Below are positions 10,034-21,800 of a stretch of DNA of 64,000 bases, piece by piece. Position numbers and translations under genes: made by a program. The notes below the pieces were generated by a model. It made no database searches, was not told the origin of the DNA, and was given only the letters and a program-made list of their open reading frames with translations. Every line of letters starts with the position of its first letter. The stretch's first letter is position 1. Source of the stretch: Telmatospirillum sp. GTDB lineage: Bacteria > Pseudomonadota > Alphaproteobacteria > CACIAM-22H2. The stretch spans positions 22,552-86,551 of the forward strand of contig JADCGL010000009.1 in assembly GCA_020248985.1 (NCBI GenBank). The letters are read 5' to 3'.

Positions 10034-10822
10034 ATGGCGGCAAAACGCAAAGCTCGACCGAGAATCCTGCTGGCCGGCGAATCCTGGGCCACCAGCGCCT
10101 ATCACGTGAAAGGGTGGGATCAGTTCTCGAGTGCGACCTACCATCTCGGGGGCGAAGACTTCGTGCGCGCACTCGAGGCGCACGGCTTCGACGTCGACTA
10201 CCTGCCCAATCACCTTGCGGCAGCCGAGTTTCCGTCGACTGCCGCAGCGCTCGCTTCGTATCGCGCCGTCGTGCTGAGCGACATCGGATCGAACACGCTG
10301 CTGCTGCCGCCCGATGTGTGGCTGCACGGAAAGCCCTCGCCCAATCGCCTCAAGCTGCTGCGCGACTACGTCGCGGGCGGCGGCGGCTTCATGATGGTCG
10401 GCGGCTATTTAAGCTTCCAGGGCATCAACGGTTCGGCGCGTTATGCCCGCACGCCGATCGAAGAGGTTCTGCCCGTGACGATGCGCGAGACCGACGATCG
10501 GCTCGAGATACCCGAAGGCTATGTCGCCGACGTGACGGCAAACGGGCGGCGCCATCCGATTCTTTCCGGATTCAAGGGCAAGTGGCCGCTTCTGCTTGGC
10601 GCAAACGAAGTGACGGCCAAGGCGACCGGAACGGTCTTGGCGCGTCTGCCGGCCGATTGCGGCGGGCATCCGCTTCTGGTCGCCGGCACGTTCGGAAAGG
10701 GCCGCACACTCGCCTGGACCTCGGATATCGGCCCGCATTGGCTACCGCGCCGTTTTGTCGATTGGCCGGGCTATGCGCGACTCTTCGGCCAAGCCGCGAT
10801 TTGGCTTGCGCAGACAGATTGA
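10034..10822 (+). CDS. Putative glutamine-amidotransferase-like cytoplasmic protein (class-I GATase-like fold, DUF1355-type)
   Basis: The real part of track ORF 9482..10822 starts at the ATG at 10034. Pattern ILLAGESWAT...H.KGWDQF.......GG.....L...G..VDY.P.H.A...FP....L..Y..VVLSDIGSNTLLL matches that family from memory. Confidence 0.6.
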   Translation: MAAKRKARPRILLAGESWATSAYHVKGWDQFSSATYHLGGEDFVRALEAHGFDVDYLPNHLAAAEFPSTAAALASYRAVVLSDIGSNTLLLPPDVWLHGKPSPNRLKLLRDYVAGGGGFMMVGGYLSFQGINGSARYARTPIEEVLPVTMRETDDRLEIPEGYVADVTANGRRHPILSGFKGKWPLLLGANEVTAKATGTVLARLPADCGGHPLLVAGTFGKGRTLAWTSDIGPHWLPRRFVDWPGYARLFGQAAIWLAQTD

Positions 10823-10837
10823 GTCGTAGCGCCGACG

Positions 10838-11908
10838 CTAAGCGGTCGCGGCCGCGCGCCGGTCGCGCAAAATCGCAAGCCGGGCTCTGAAATTCGGCGA
10901 TCCAGTCTCGGGCTCGAAGCCCGGTGCCGCATCGAGTTCGCGCCAACGGTGGCACGCGACATTTGTGCCCTCGGGTGTTGTCTCGAGCGGTGGGACTTCG
11001 GCAGCACAAAGCGGCTTTGCGTGCGGGCAACGCGTGCGGAAGCGGCAGCCCGACGGCGGAGCGATAGCGCTGGCAATGTCGCCGGGCAGAACGGTGCGTG
11101 CGCTACTTTGGCCCACAGCGGGGCGCACGACCGCAGCCAGCAAAGCCTGCGTATAGGGATGGCGAGGCCGCGCGAAGATGCGCGCAACCGGCCCGACTTC
11201 GACGAACCGCCCGAGATACATGACGGCGACGCGATCCGAGATGTGCGCAACGACCGCGAGGTCGTGCGACACCACGATCAGGCTGAGGCCAAGGCGCGCT
11301 TTCAGATCGATCAGCAGATTGATGATCTGCGCCTGGATCGAGACGTCGAGGGCGGCGACCGGCTCGTCGCCGACGATCAGGTCGGGAGCGACGGAAAGCG
11401 CGCGCGCAATGCCGATACGCTGGCGCTGGCCGCCCGAAAACTCGTGCGGGTAGCGGTCGCGCTGATGGGGTGCGAGACCCACGAGATCGAGCAGTTCGTC
11501 GACGCGCCTCTCGCGCGCAGCACCCGACGCGATCCCGTGCAGTTCGAGCGGTGCTCCCAGTATCTCGCGCAGTCGGCGCCGCGGATCGAGCGACGCGAAC
11601 GGATCCTGGAAGATCATCTGCATGCGCCGCCGCAACGGCCGAATCGTTGCTTCGGGCAACGCCGTGATGTCTTGCCCGTCGAACAGGACTTGGCCGGACT
11701 GGAGTGCGATCAATCGCGTCACGAGCCGCGCCAGAGTGGATTTGCCGCAGCCGCTTTCGCCGACGATCGCGAAGGTTTCGCCGCGCGCGACCGCAAGATC
11801 GACGCCATCGACCGCATGGACGGTGCGCCCACCGCCCAGACCGAACAAGCCTTTGCGCCCCGCAAAATGCCGTACCGCGCCGCGCAGTTCGACGATCGGC
11901 GCCGTCAT
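10838..11908 (-). CDS. ABC transporter ATP-binding protein, DppF/OppF type
   Basis: Walker [10 protein letters not shown], signature FSGGQRQRIGIARAL, Walker B LIVGDEPVAALD, and a C-terminal oligopeptide-type extension with Cys. The ATG at 11908 overlaps the upstream stop as ATGA. Confidence 0.92.
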   Translation of the reverse strand: MTAPIVELRGAVRHFAGRKGLFGLGGGRTVHAVDGVDLAVARGETFAIVGESGCGKSTLARLVTRLIALQSGQVLFDGQDITALPEATIRPLRRRMQMIFQDPFASLDPRRRLREILGAPLELHGIASGAARERRVDELLDLVGLAPHQRDRYPHEFSGGQRQRIGIARALSVAPDLIVGDEPVAALDVSIQAQIINLLIDLKARLGLSLIVVSHDLAVVAHISDRVAVMYLGRFVEVGPVARIFARPRHPYTQALLAAVVRPAVGQSSARTVLPGDIASAIAPPSGCRFRTRCPHAKPLCAAEVPPLETTPEGTNVACHRWRELDAAPGFEPETGSPNFRARLAILRDRRAAATA

Positions 11909-12891
11909 GCCGCAAGCCGCTCCAGCGGCGCCTTCCAGCATGCGACGGCGTGGTCCTCCGCGATCGCGGCAAGCGGCGGACGCGTCTCGCGGCAGCGTCG
12001 GTCGGCGAGCGGGCAGCGCGCGGCAAATCGACAGCCGCTCAATTCAAGTCCCGGCGGCGGCACGCTGCCCTCGATCGCCGTCAGCGGCCCCTTGCCACTC
12101 GACATGACCGGCATCGATGCCAGCAGGCCGATCGTGTAAGGGTGCTGCGGATCTTCGAACAAGCGCGCGACGCGCGTGCGCTCGACGATCGATCCCATAT
12201 ACATGACCGCGACCTCGTCCGCCGTTTCGCCGATCACGCCGAGATCGTGCGTGATGATTATCAAAGCCATGCCGAGATCCCGGCGCAGTTCGTCGAGCAG
12301 ATCGATGATCTGAAGCTGAATCGTAACGTCCAAGGCCGTCGTCGGCTCGTCGGCGATCAGCAGCTTCGGCTGGCCCGCCAGCGCCATCGCGATCATCACC
12401 CGCTGCCGCATGCCGCCGGACATCTGGTGCGGATAGTCGCGCATGCGCTGTTCGGGTGCGGCGATACGCACGCGCGCGAGCAGCTCGATCGCTTCGGCGC
12501 GCGCGGCGGTGAGGCCCAATCTGCGATGCGCGCGTACCGCCTCGGCGACCTGATCGCCGATCGTGAAAACGGGATTGAGCGACGTCATCGGCTCCTGGAA
12601 CACGAAGCCGATCTGGCCGCCGCGGACCTTCTGCAGTTCGGCCTCGCCGAGTTCGAGCAGATCGCGGCCCATGAAAACGGCGCGACCGGAAACGATCTGC
12701 GCGCTTGATTGTGGCAGAAGCCCCACCAGCGACAAGGCCGTGACAGACTTGCCGCAGCCGCTTTCGCCAACGATGCCGAGGGATTTGCCGGGTTCGAGCA
12801 CGAAGCCGACGCCGTCGACGACTCGGACTGGCCGCCCGCGCGTCTCGAACTCGATCGCGAGATCTTCGACCTGCAGCAACGGCGAAACCAT
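11905..12891 (-). CDS. ABC transporter ATP-binding protein, DppD/OppD type
   Basis: Trimmed to the ATG at 12891 ([15 protein letters not shown]). Walker A GESGCGKS, signature [15 protein letters not shown], Walker [13 protein letters not shown]. Confidence 0.92.
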   Translation of the reverse strand: MVSPLLQVEDLAIEFETRGRPVRVVDGVGFVLEPGKSLGIVGESGCGKSVTALSLVGLLPQSSAQIVSGRAVFMGRDLLELGEAELQKVRGGQIGFVFQEPMTSLNPVFTIGDQVAEAVRAHRRLGLTAARAEAIELLARVRIAAPEQRMRDYPHQMSGGMRQRVMIAMALAGQPKLLIADEPTTALDVTIQLQIIDLLDELRRDLGMALIIITHDLGVIGETADEVAVMYMGSIVERTRVARLFEDPQHPYTIGLLASMPVMSSGKGPLTAIEGSVPPPGLELSGCRFAARCPLADRRCRETRPPLAAIAEDHAVACWKAPLERLAA

Positions 12892-13703
12892 CACAGCCCC
12901 GGATGCCAGAAGCGTTTCCCGGCCAGTGCAGCCGTCGCGTCGCGCTTGGCCAGCAGCACCACGGCCTTCGACGCAACGGCCGCGCACATCTCCACCGACG
13001 CTTCGGACGGCCGGCGCTCGCGCGTCGCACGGTTCGACGCAACGGCGCACACGCAGCCCGCGCGGAAGCCCATCAGGCCCGCAAGCACAAACAGGGTAGC
13101 GGCTTCCATTTCAACATTTGCGACGCGCTGTTGCCGCAGATCGTCGATCAATGTTGAAAAATGCGACGGACGGTAGCCGGTCGGCGGCGGATTGTCCTGG
13201 CCTGCGAAAAACGAGTCCACACTCGCCGAAATGCCGACCGTGTAGGTCGCACCGAGCGATTCGGCCGCCTCGATCAGGGCCAGCGTGACCGCGTGGTCCG
13301 CGATCGCAGGATAGCCCGCATCGACATAGGCGTCTGCGGCGCCCGAGCGCCGCAAGGCGCCCGAACTGATGACAAGCGAACCGCAGGCAATATCGGGCTG
13401 GAGGGCTGCACAGGTTCCGACGCGGATGAACGTGTCGACGCCGACATCGTGCAATTCGACCGCAGCTATGTCGGTCGAGGGTCCGCCGATCCCGGTCGAA
13501 CACGCGCCGAGCGCCACGCCGTCGAGCATGCCGCGGCCGACGCGAAATTCACGGTTGTTGGAAACTTCCTCGTAGCTCGCCCAGCCGCGCCCGATCAAGG
13601 GCACGCGCGCCGGATCGCCGGGGAGCAACGCGTAGCGGGGCAGATCGCCTTTGGCGACAAGAACATGCGCTTTGCGCGGCGCGGGCGTGCCCGTACTGGT
13701 CAT
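12891..13703 (-). CDS. Nucleoside phosphorylase, PNP/UDP-1 family (uridine/purine nucleoside phosphorylase-like)
   Basis: Trimmed to the ATG at 13703. Sequence LLPGDPARV..I, GMLDGV.LGACSTGIGGPS..IA.VEL...GVDTFIRVGTCAALQ and ANVEMEAATLF. First gene of the minus-strand operon with the two ATPases. Confidence 0.8.
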   Translation of the reverse strand: MTSTGTPAPRKAHVLVAKGDLPRYALLPGDPARVPLIGRGWASYEEVSNNREFRVGRGMLDGVALGACSTGIGGPSTDIAAVELHDVGVDTFIRVGTCAALQPDIACGSLVISSGALRRSGAADAYVDAGYPAIADHAVTLALIEAAESLGATYTVGISASVDSFFAGQDNPPPTGYRPSHFSTLIDDLRQQRVANVEMEAATLFVLAGLMGFRAGCVCAVASNRATRERRPSEASVEMCAAVASKAVVLLAKRDATAALAGKRFWHPGL

Positions 13704-13876
13704 TTGCGCGCCAACCGGTCCCTCGCGTAGACGGTGCGATAGATGCAAATTTTTGCCAAAAGCATTCGCAAGCTTAGTAACTCGACTTCTGCCATGCAAG
13801 CATATCGGATGTGGCGTGCGCACAGACGCTGCACTAACATGTTGACATCGACGTACTGTGAAGAGGACTTCAGAAG

Positions 13877-14773
13877 ATGAACCGCGTTTTTGTCCTTGGA
13901 AACGCGACCATCGATGTGGTCTTGAATGCGGCACGCCTGCCGGGTCCCGGCGAAACTTGCCTCGCCGAGGGCATGGTGCGCTGTGCCGGCGGCAAAGGCC
14001 TCAATCAAGCGCTCGCCGCCGCTAATGCCGGGGCCAATTGCGTGTTCGCAGCACCGATCGGCAGCGACAGCGAAGCAGCGTATCTGCGGGAAACGGTCGC
14101 CGGATTCCACACGATTTCGGCGCGCTGGATCGCGATGCCGCATCCGACTGATCATTCGTCGATCTGGGTGGCAGGCTCCGGCGAAAACATGATCCTGTCG
14201 AGCGCGCATTGCGCGCGCGCACTCACATCTTCGCAAGCGCGCACGGCACTGGCCGATCTTGCGCAAGGCGACACGCTGTTGGTCCAGGGAAATCTAACGG
14301 CCGAATCCACGCGCGAAGTCCTTGGCCTTGCGCGTGCGCGCGGCGCGATCACGCTGCTGAACACCGCGCCGATCGCCTGGGACATGCGCGCTTGTCTCGC
14401 CCTGTGCGACGTTGTTCTGGCGAACGCGGTCGAATGTGCGCTGCTTGTCGGCAGCGCAGACGCATCGGCGCTTCGCGCTGCCGGAGCCGGAACGGCAATC
14501 GTAACGCTCGGCGCAAAGGGCGCGACCGTCGCAGGAGCGGGCGGTCTTGAGCAAGTGTCGGCACCACCGGTCGCAGCGATCGACACTGCCGGCGCCGGCG
14601 ACGTTTTTGCCGGCGTTGTTGCAGCTCTCCTGTGCGAAGGCCGAGATATCCGGTTCGCGGCACAGGCCGCTGTCCACGCGGCTTCGCTGTCAGTTACCCG
14701 TCGCGGTACCACCGCATCGTTTCCAACATGCGACGAAATGGCGGCGATACTGGCAAACCTCGATGCGACTTGA
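13877..14773 (+). CDS. PfkB-family carbohydrate kinase (ribokinase-like), copy 1
   Basis: N-terminal VLGNATIDVV....LPGPGET, GGKGLNQA, and the C-terminal DTAGAGDVFAG anion-hole motif. Confidence 0.85.
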   Translation: MNRVFVLGNATIDVVLNAARLPGPGETCLAEGMVRCAGGKGLNQALAAANAGANCVFAAPIGSDSEAAYLRETVAGFHTISARWIAMPHPTDHSSIWVAGSGENMILSSAHCARALTSSQARTALADLAQGDTLLVQGNLTAESTREVLGLARARGAITLLNTAPIAWDMRACLALCDVVLANAVECALLVGSADASALRAAGAGTAIVTLGAKGATVAGAGGLEQVSAPPVAAIDTAGAGDVFAGVVAALLCEGRDIRFAAQAAVHAASLSVTRRGTTASFPTCDEMAAILANLDAT

Positions 14774-14812
14774 CTCGAACCAGCACTCTTTTACAGGCGC
14801 CGGACCCGACAT

Positions 14813-15757
14813 ATGAAAGAGCATCCTGAATTCGACATCTGCGTGTTCGGAAGCGTCAACGCCGATGTGTGCGTCTATGCCGAGCGGGCAGCAGGGTTGG
14901 GCGAGACGCGCTTCGGCGATCGTTATGCGCTCAATCTCGGCGGCAAAGGCGCTAACCAGGCGATCGCGGCCCACCGCCTTGGCGCCCATGTCCGCCTCCT
15001 CGGCAACACCGGAGACGACATCTTCGGTGCGTTCGTCCGGCAAGAGCTTGCGCGTTTCGGGGTCGCAACGGACCTCATCGGCGTCGCCGGATCGTATCCG
15101 ACAGGCATGGCCTCGATCCTCGTCGATGCGGCAGGAAGAAATGCGATAACGGTTGTGGCCGGCGCCAATCTCACAGCGAGCGAGGCGGAGTTCAAAGCCT
15201 TAGAGGAGGTTCTGAAGCCAAAAAGCGCGCTGCTCCTGCAGTGCGAGAGATCGCCAGCCGCCAATTTGCGCGCAGCCAGAAAAGCACGGAATGTCGGCGC
15301 TTGCGTCGTGCTCGATCCAGCTCCTGTTCCAAGCGGCGAAACATTGAAGACCCTTGCAGGCCTAGTCGATATCGTCACGCCGAACGAAACCGAGACGGAA
15401 GCTCTGACGGGCATTGCACCGACAGACCGCGCTTCCACCGAGGCCGCAGCGGATGCATTGCATGGCATGGGATTCCGGATTGCCGTGCTCAAACTCGGCG
15501 CGCGCGGCGCCTTTGTGCGCGCGCCGGAACTTCGGCGACATGTTGCCGCACCCTCCGTCGCGTGTGTCGACAGCGTCGCTGCTGGCGACTGCTTCAACGC
15601 CGCCCTTGCCACGCGGCTCTGCGCCGGCTCAAGCATCGAAGCCGCTGTCAGATACGCCTGCGCAGCAGGCGCGCTCAGCGTGTCCCGGCCCGGAGCAGCC
15701 GCCTCCGCGCCAACTGCCGCAGAGATCGCCTCGTTTGCGCCCGACCTTTCGGCGTGA
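14813..15757 (+). CDS. PfkB-family carbohydrate kinase (ribokinase-like), copy 2
   Basis: VFGSVNADV, LGGKGANQAIAA, VTPNETE and VDSVAAGDCFNAALA motifs typical of ribokinases. Confidence 0.85.
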   Translation: MKEHPEFDICVFGSVNADVCVYAERAAGLGETRFGDRYALNLGGKGANQAIAAHRLGAHVRLLGNTGDDIFGAFVRQELARFGVATDLIGVAGSYPTGMASILVDAAGRNAITVVAGANLTASEAEFKALEEVLKPKSALLLQCERSPAANLRAARKARNVGACVVLDPAPVPSGETLKTLAGLVDIVTPNETETEALTGIAPTDRASTEAAADALHGMGFRIAVLKLGARGAFVRAPELRRHVAAPSVACVDSVAAGDCFNAALATRLCAGSSIEAAVRYACAAGALSVSRPGAAASAPTAAEIASFAPDLSA

Positions 15758-15873
15758 CGTCATGCATGAGGGTAATCTCATGCTGCAAAACCGGACGGCG
15801 ATACGGCGCGCTGGCGTTTGGAAGCACAAAATCTCCGCAACTCGATCGTGCCGGGCGTCAACTGAGGCGGCAC

Positions 15874-18800
15874 CTAGGCGTGGAAAACGAAGTCGGCGGC
15901 CATTCCTCCCGTGATTGTCGTCACACCCAGCAAGGTTACGGTCGTACCGGAGCCAAGAGTGATCGTCGCATTGCCGCCCGAGTAGGTCGTCGCGGCTTGA
16001 ACGTCCGCAATGCTGGCAAACGAGGCGAAGGCCGCAATATCGATCTGGTCGGTGCCCGAAGAAAAGCTCGCGATCGTGTCCGCACCGCTGCCCATGACGA
16101 ACGTATCGTTGCCGGCTCCGCCGGACAGCGAATCGTTGCCGCTGCCGCCGATCAGCGTGTCGTTGCCGTCGCCGCCGACAAGCGTATCGTTACCGGAGCC
16201 ACCATCGATCCGAGCCCCCGTGCTGCCGGCGACCGTGATGTTGTCGGCGGAATTGCCGCCGGTAATCGTCTCGACATCCGTTGCCGTGACTCTGTTTGCG
16301 AAATTGCCGAGGCGAAGCACGTCCGAACCCGCTCCCAAATCGACCTGGCCAGCCGTCGACGCGTTTCCAAGCGTAACCGTGTCCGCGTCGGTCCCACCGA
16401 CGATGGTCTCGACATTCGTCACCGTCAGCGTGTTGGCGCTGTCGGACAGGGTCAACCGATCGGTCCCGGCCCCGAGATCGATCAAGCCTGCGGTCATCTG
16501 CGCGCCAAGCGTTACCGTGTCGGCGGCACCGCTGCCAACAAGCGTTTCCACGTTCGAGACCGTGACGGTGTTGCCCGTACTGCCGCCCAACGCCAGACGA
16601 TCGTTGCCGGCCGCAAGATCGATCGACCCGCTCGTCGTCGCGGTGGCCAGCACGACCGTATCGGCAAGCGATCCGCCGGTGAGCGTTTCGACGTTCGAAA
16701 CCGTCAGCGTATTGGCGAAATTGCCGAGCACGAGTTCGTCGTTGCCGTCGCGCAGATCGACGGAACCTGTCGTCATCGCAGCACCAAGTGTCGCCGTATC
16801 GTCGCCGGTACCGCCGATCAGCGTTTCGACGTTTGCGACCGTCAGCGTATTCGCGAAATTGCCGAGCACCAGACGATCGTTGCCGGCTGCTAGATCGAAG
16901 CTGCCTGACACGACCGCCGTCGCCAGCGTGACGGTGTCCGCACGCGTGCCCGCGACAAGAGTTTCGACATTCAGCACCGTCAGCGTGTTGGCGAAGTTGC
17001 CGAGCACAAGCCGGTCGCTGCCCGCCAGCAGGTCGATCGTGCCGGCCGTCACTGCTGTGCCATACGTGATCGTGTCGTTGCCGGTATTGGCGACGATTGT
17101 TTCAACGTTCAAGACCGTCAGCGTATTGGCCGTGCTGTCGAGAATCAGACGGTCGGCACCGGCTCCCAGATCCACCGTGCTGCCCGCCTGGGCGCCGACC
17201 AATGTGACCGTATCTGCACCCGCACTGCCAACAAGCGTTTCGACATTGGCGACCGAGATCGTGTTGCCGGAAGTCCCGCCCAAAACCAAGCGGTCGTTGC
17301 CGTCCGACAGATCGACCGATCCACTCGCCAATGCTGCGCCGAAAGCGACCGTATCGGCGAGCGTTCCGCCGGTTACGCTCTCGACATTCGCGACCGTCAG
17401 CGTGTTCGCGAAGTTGCCGAGCACGAGCGCGTCGTTGCCGCCTCGCAGATCGACGGAGCCCGAAGTCAACGCCGTGCCGATCGTCACCGTGTCTGCGGCC
17501 GTGCCGCCGACCAAGGTTTCGACGTTGGCGACTGCGAGCGTGTTGACGAAGTTTCCGAGCGTCAATCGATCGATACCGGCCAGCAGATCGATCGTGCCGG
17601 CCGTCATGACCGTGCCGAGCGTAACCGTATCCGCGCGCGTACCCGCAACCAGCGTTTCGACGTTGAGAACCGTCAGCGTGTTGTTGAAATTGCCGAGCAC
17701 CAAACGGTCGCTGCCGTCCGCCAGATCGATGCTCCCCGAAACGACGGCGGTCCCGAAGGTGATCGTATCGTCGTCGGCATTGGCGACCAAGGTTTCGACG
17801 TTCAGAACCGTAAGCGTGTTCGCTACGGCGTCGAGGACCACGCGGTCGTTGCCGCCGCCCAGATCGATCGTGGTACCTGCCTGGCTGCCGATCAGCGAAA
17901 CCGTGTCGGCGCCCGAACTTCCGACGATCGTTTCGACATTCGCGATCGCGACCGTATTGCTACCGCCGCCCAAAATGAGCCTATCGTTGCCCGCCACGAG
18001 ATCGACGGATCCGCTGGTGATCGCCGCTGCGAGCGTGACCGTGTCCGCAAGCGACCCGCCGGTGACGGTTTCAACATTGGCGACCGTCAGCGTGTTTGCG
18101 AAGTCGCCGAGCACGAGCGCATCGCTGCCGCCGCGCAGATCGATCGAGCCCGAACCCATCGCCGTCGCGAGCGTCGCGGTGTCGTCCGCCGTTCCACCGA
18201 CAAGGGTCTCGACGTTCGCGACCGTGAGCGTGTTGGCGAAGTTGCCCAGCACGAGCCGGTCGCTGCCGGCCAGCAAATCGATCGTGCCAGACGTGATTTC
18301 AGTGCCGAGCGTGATCGTATCCGCCCGCGTGCCCGCTACCAGCGTTTCCACGTTGAAAATCGTCAGCGTATTGGCGAACTGACCCAGCACCAGGCGGTCG
18401 CTGCCATCGAGCAGATCGACGGTGCCGGACGTGACCGCAGTGCCAAAGGTGACCGTGTCGTTGTCGGTGTTCGCGACCAGCGTCTCGACATTCAGCAGCG
18501 TCACGGTGTTGGCCGTCGTATCGAGAATCAGGCGGTCGGAGCCCGTACCTAGATCGATCGTGGTTCCGGACTGGCCCCCGAGCAGCGTAATCGTGTCGGC
18601 GCCAGCACTGCCGATCAGCGTCTCGACATTCGCGACGGCGCCGGTATTGCCGGTGCTACCGCCCAGAACCAAGCGGTCGTTGCCGTCCATCAAGTCGACC
18701 GTGGCACCCGTTTGGATGCCGGCCCCCAGTGCGACGGTATCGGCAAGCGAACCGCCGGTAACGGTTTCGACGTTCGTGACCGTGGCCGTATTGGCGAAAT

Positions 18801-21800
18801 CACCAAGCACCAGCGCATCGGTGCCGGCGCCGAGATCGACCGATCCCGTCGTCATCGCCGCCCCGATCGTCACGGTGTCGGCGCCGGTACCGCCGACCAG
18901 CGTTTCGGCGTTGCTGACGGTCAGCGTGTTGCCGAGATTGCCGAGGACCAGCCGGTCCGACCCCGCCCCGAGATCGACATTTGTGCCCGACTGGCTGCCC
19001 GCCAGCGTGACCGTGTCAGCACCGCTGCCGCCGATCAGTGTTTCGACATTCGCGACCGTAAGCGTGTTCGCCGCACTCGATAGTACGAGGCGGTCGTTGC
19101 CCGCCAAGAGATCGATGTTGCCCGACGTGACGGCTGTGCCCAGCGTGATCGTATCGTCGTCGGTATTCGCGACCAACGTCTCGACATTCATCACGGTCAG
19201 CGTGTTGGCCACGGTGTCGAGGATCAGGCGATCGTTGCCCGCCCCCAGATCGACCGTACCGCCCGACGGCGCGCCGACCAGCGCAACCGTATCGGCACCC
19301 GTGCCGCCGACGATGGTTTCAACATTGACGACCGTCAGCGTGTTGGCGAAGTTGCCGAGCACAAGCCGGTCGTTGCCGTCGACCAGATCGACCGTGCCTG
19401 CCGTCGCCGCAGCCCCGAGCGTTACCGTGTCGTTCTCGGTATTGCCGACCAATGTTTCGACATTCAGCACCGTGATCGTGTTCGCCGCGGTGTCGAGGAT
19501 CAGCTGGTCGTTGCCCGCCCCCAGATCGATCAGGGCGCCCAATTGGCTGCCGTAGAGCGTAACCGTGTCGGCTCCGGTACCGCCGACCACCGTCTCGATG
19601 TTGGACACCGTGATCGTGTTGCCAGCCGTGCTGCTCGCCAGCACTAGCCGGTCGTTGCCTGCGGAGAGATCGATCGAGGCATTTGTTGTCGCGGCACCCA
19701 GCGTGACCGTATCCGCAAGCGAGGCGCCGACGATCGTTTCGACGTTGCTCGCCGTGAGCGTATTCGCGAAATTGCCGAGGGACAGCGAATCGTCGCCGTC
19801 GCCCAGATCGACCAAGCCGACCGTCATCGCCGTGCCGATCGTCACCGTGTCGGTTGTGGTGCCGCCGACGAAGGTTTCGACATTCGTCGCCGTAAGCGTA
19901 TTGGCAAAATTACTCAGCACCAGACGGTCGTTGCCGGCCCCAAGATCGACGTTGCCGTCGATCATCTGGCTCGCCAACGTGATCGTTGCGGCAAGCGATC
20001 CGCCGACGACCGTCTCGACATTGAGGACAGTCAGCGTATTGGCGAAGTTGCCCAGCACCAGACGGTCGTTGCCGTCCCCCAAATCGATAGTCCCCGCCGT
20101 GATGGCCGTTGCGACCGTAACTGTGTCGTCCTCGGTTCCGCCGACCAAAGTTTCGACATTGGCGACTGTCAGCGTATTGGCTTGGCTGCCGAGAGTCAGA
20201 CGGTCGTTGCCGCCCAGCAGATCGACAGTGCCCGACGCAGCCGCCGTTCCGAGCGTGACCGTATCCGCGCCCGCACTGCCGATCAGCGTTTCGACATTGA
20301 AGACGGAGATTGTGTTGCCCGACGTGCCGCCCAGAACCAGGCGATCGCTGCCGCTCGACAGGTCGATGGTTCCGCTAGTCGTTGCGGCTCCGAGCGCAAC
20401 CGTATCGGCGAGCGAGCCGCCGGTCAGCGTTTCGACGTTCGCGACCGTCAGCGTGTTCGCGAAATCGCCCAAGAACAGCTGGTCGTTGCCCGCGCCCAGA
20501 TCGATCGAGCCGGAACCCAGTGCGGAACCGATCGTCACCGTATCGTCGGTCGTCCCGCCGACCAAGGTTTCGACGTTCGACGCCGTAAGTTCGTTGGCGA
20601 AATTGCCGAGCGCAAGACGGTCGGAACCTGCCCCCAGATCGACCAAACCGTCAATCGCTTGGCTACCCAAGGCAACTGTATCGGCAAGCGAACCACCGAT
20701 CAGCGTTTCAACGTTCGTGGCCGTCAGCGTATTGGCAAAGCTGCCCAGTACGAGACGGTCGCTGCCGTCGAGCAGGTCGATGGCGCCGCCCGTCACGGCC
20801 GTGCCGAACGTGACCGTATCGTTGTCGGTATTGGCGACAAGCGTTTCGACGTTCAGCACCGTGAGCGTGTTGGCCACGGTGTCAAGGCTCAAGCGATCGT
20901 TGCCGGCCCCCAGATCGACCGTCATGCCCGCTTGGCTGCCGATCAGCGCAATCGTGTCGGCTGCCGCGCTGCCGATGAGCGTTTCGACATTCGTGACGGC
21001 CCCCGTATTGGCTGCACTGCTGCCCAGGATCAGGCGATCGTTGCCTGCTCCCAAATCGATCGTCGCACCCGATCCGATGGCCGAGCCGAGCGTGACCGTA
21101 TCGGCAAGCGAACCGGCCGTGACGGTTTCGACGTTTGTGAGCGTCAGCGTGTTGGCGAAGTCGCCAAGGACGAGCGCGTCGCTGCCGGCCCCGAGGTCGA
21201 CGGCACCCGCGCTCATCGCGGCCGCGAGCGTCACCGTGTCGGCGTCGGTTCCGCCGACCAGCGTTTCGACGTTGCTTGCCGTCACCTCGTTGGCAAAATT
21301 GCCGAGCACCAATCTGTCGGCACCCGCCCCAAGATCGACCGTGGTGCCCAACTGGGCGCCGACCAGCGTCACGGTATCGGCGCCGGAACCGCCAACCAGC
21401 GTTTCGACGTTCGCAACCGCAAGCGTATTGGCCGCCGTACCACTCGCCAACACGAGGCGGTCGTTGCCGTCGGAAAGATCGATGCTACCGGCGGCCATCG
21501 CCGTACCGAGCGTGATGCTGTCGTTGCCTACGTCGGCGACCAGGGTTTCGACGTTCAGAACGACAAGCGTATTGGCGGCACCAGCGCTGTTGAGAATCAG
21601 GCGATCGTTGCCGGAGGCCAGATCGACCGTCGTGTCGGACTGGCCGCCAACCAACGTGACCGTATCCGCACCCGAACTGCCGATCAGCGTTTCGACATTT
21701 GCGACGGCGATGGTATTGCCCGCCGTGCCGCCCAGAATCAAACGGTCGGCGCCGGCGGCAAGATCGATGGACCCGCTGGCAAGCGAGGCCCCGAGCGTGA

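Noticed and set aside
7752-10092. 710-aa plus-strand and 680-aa minus-strand ORFs across the DppC and binding-protein region
   Set aside because: Arg-rich nonsense translations. The region is fully explained by the permease, family-5 binding protein and GATase-like genes in other frames.
15764-15783. Hairpin GCATGAG-GGTAAT-CTCATGC between the convergent ribokinase and giant genes, as a possible bidirectional terminator
   Set aside because: The stem is only 7 bp and there is no U-tract on either strand. That is not enough to call an intrinsic terminator.
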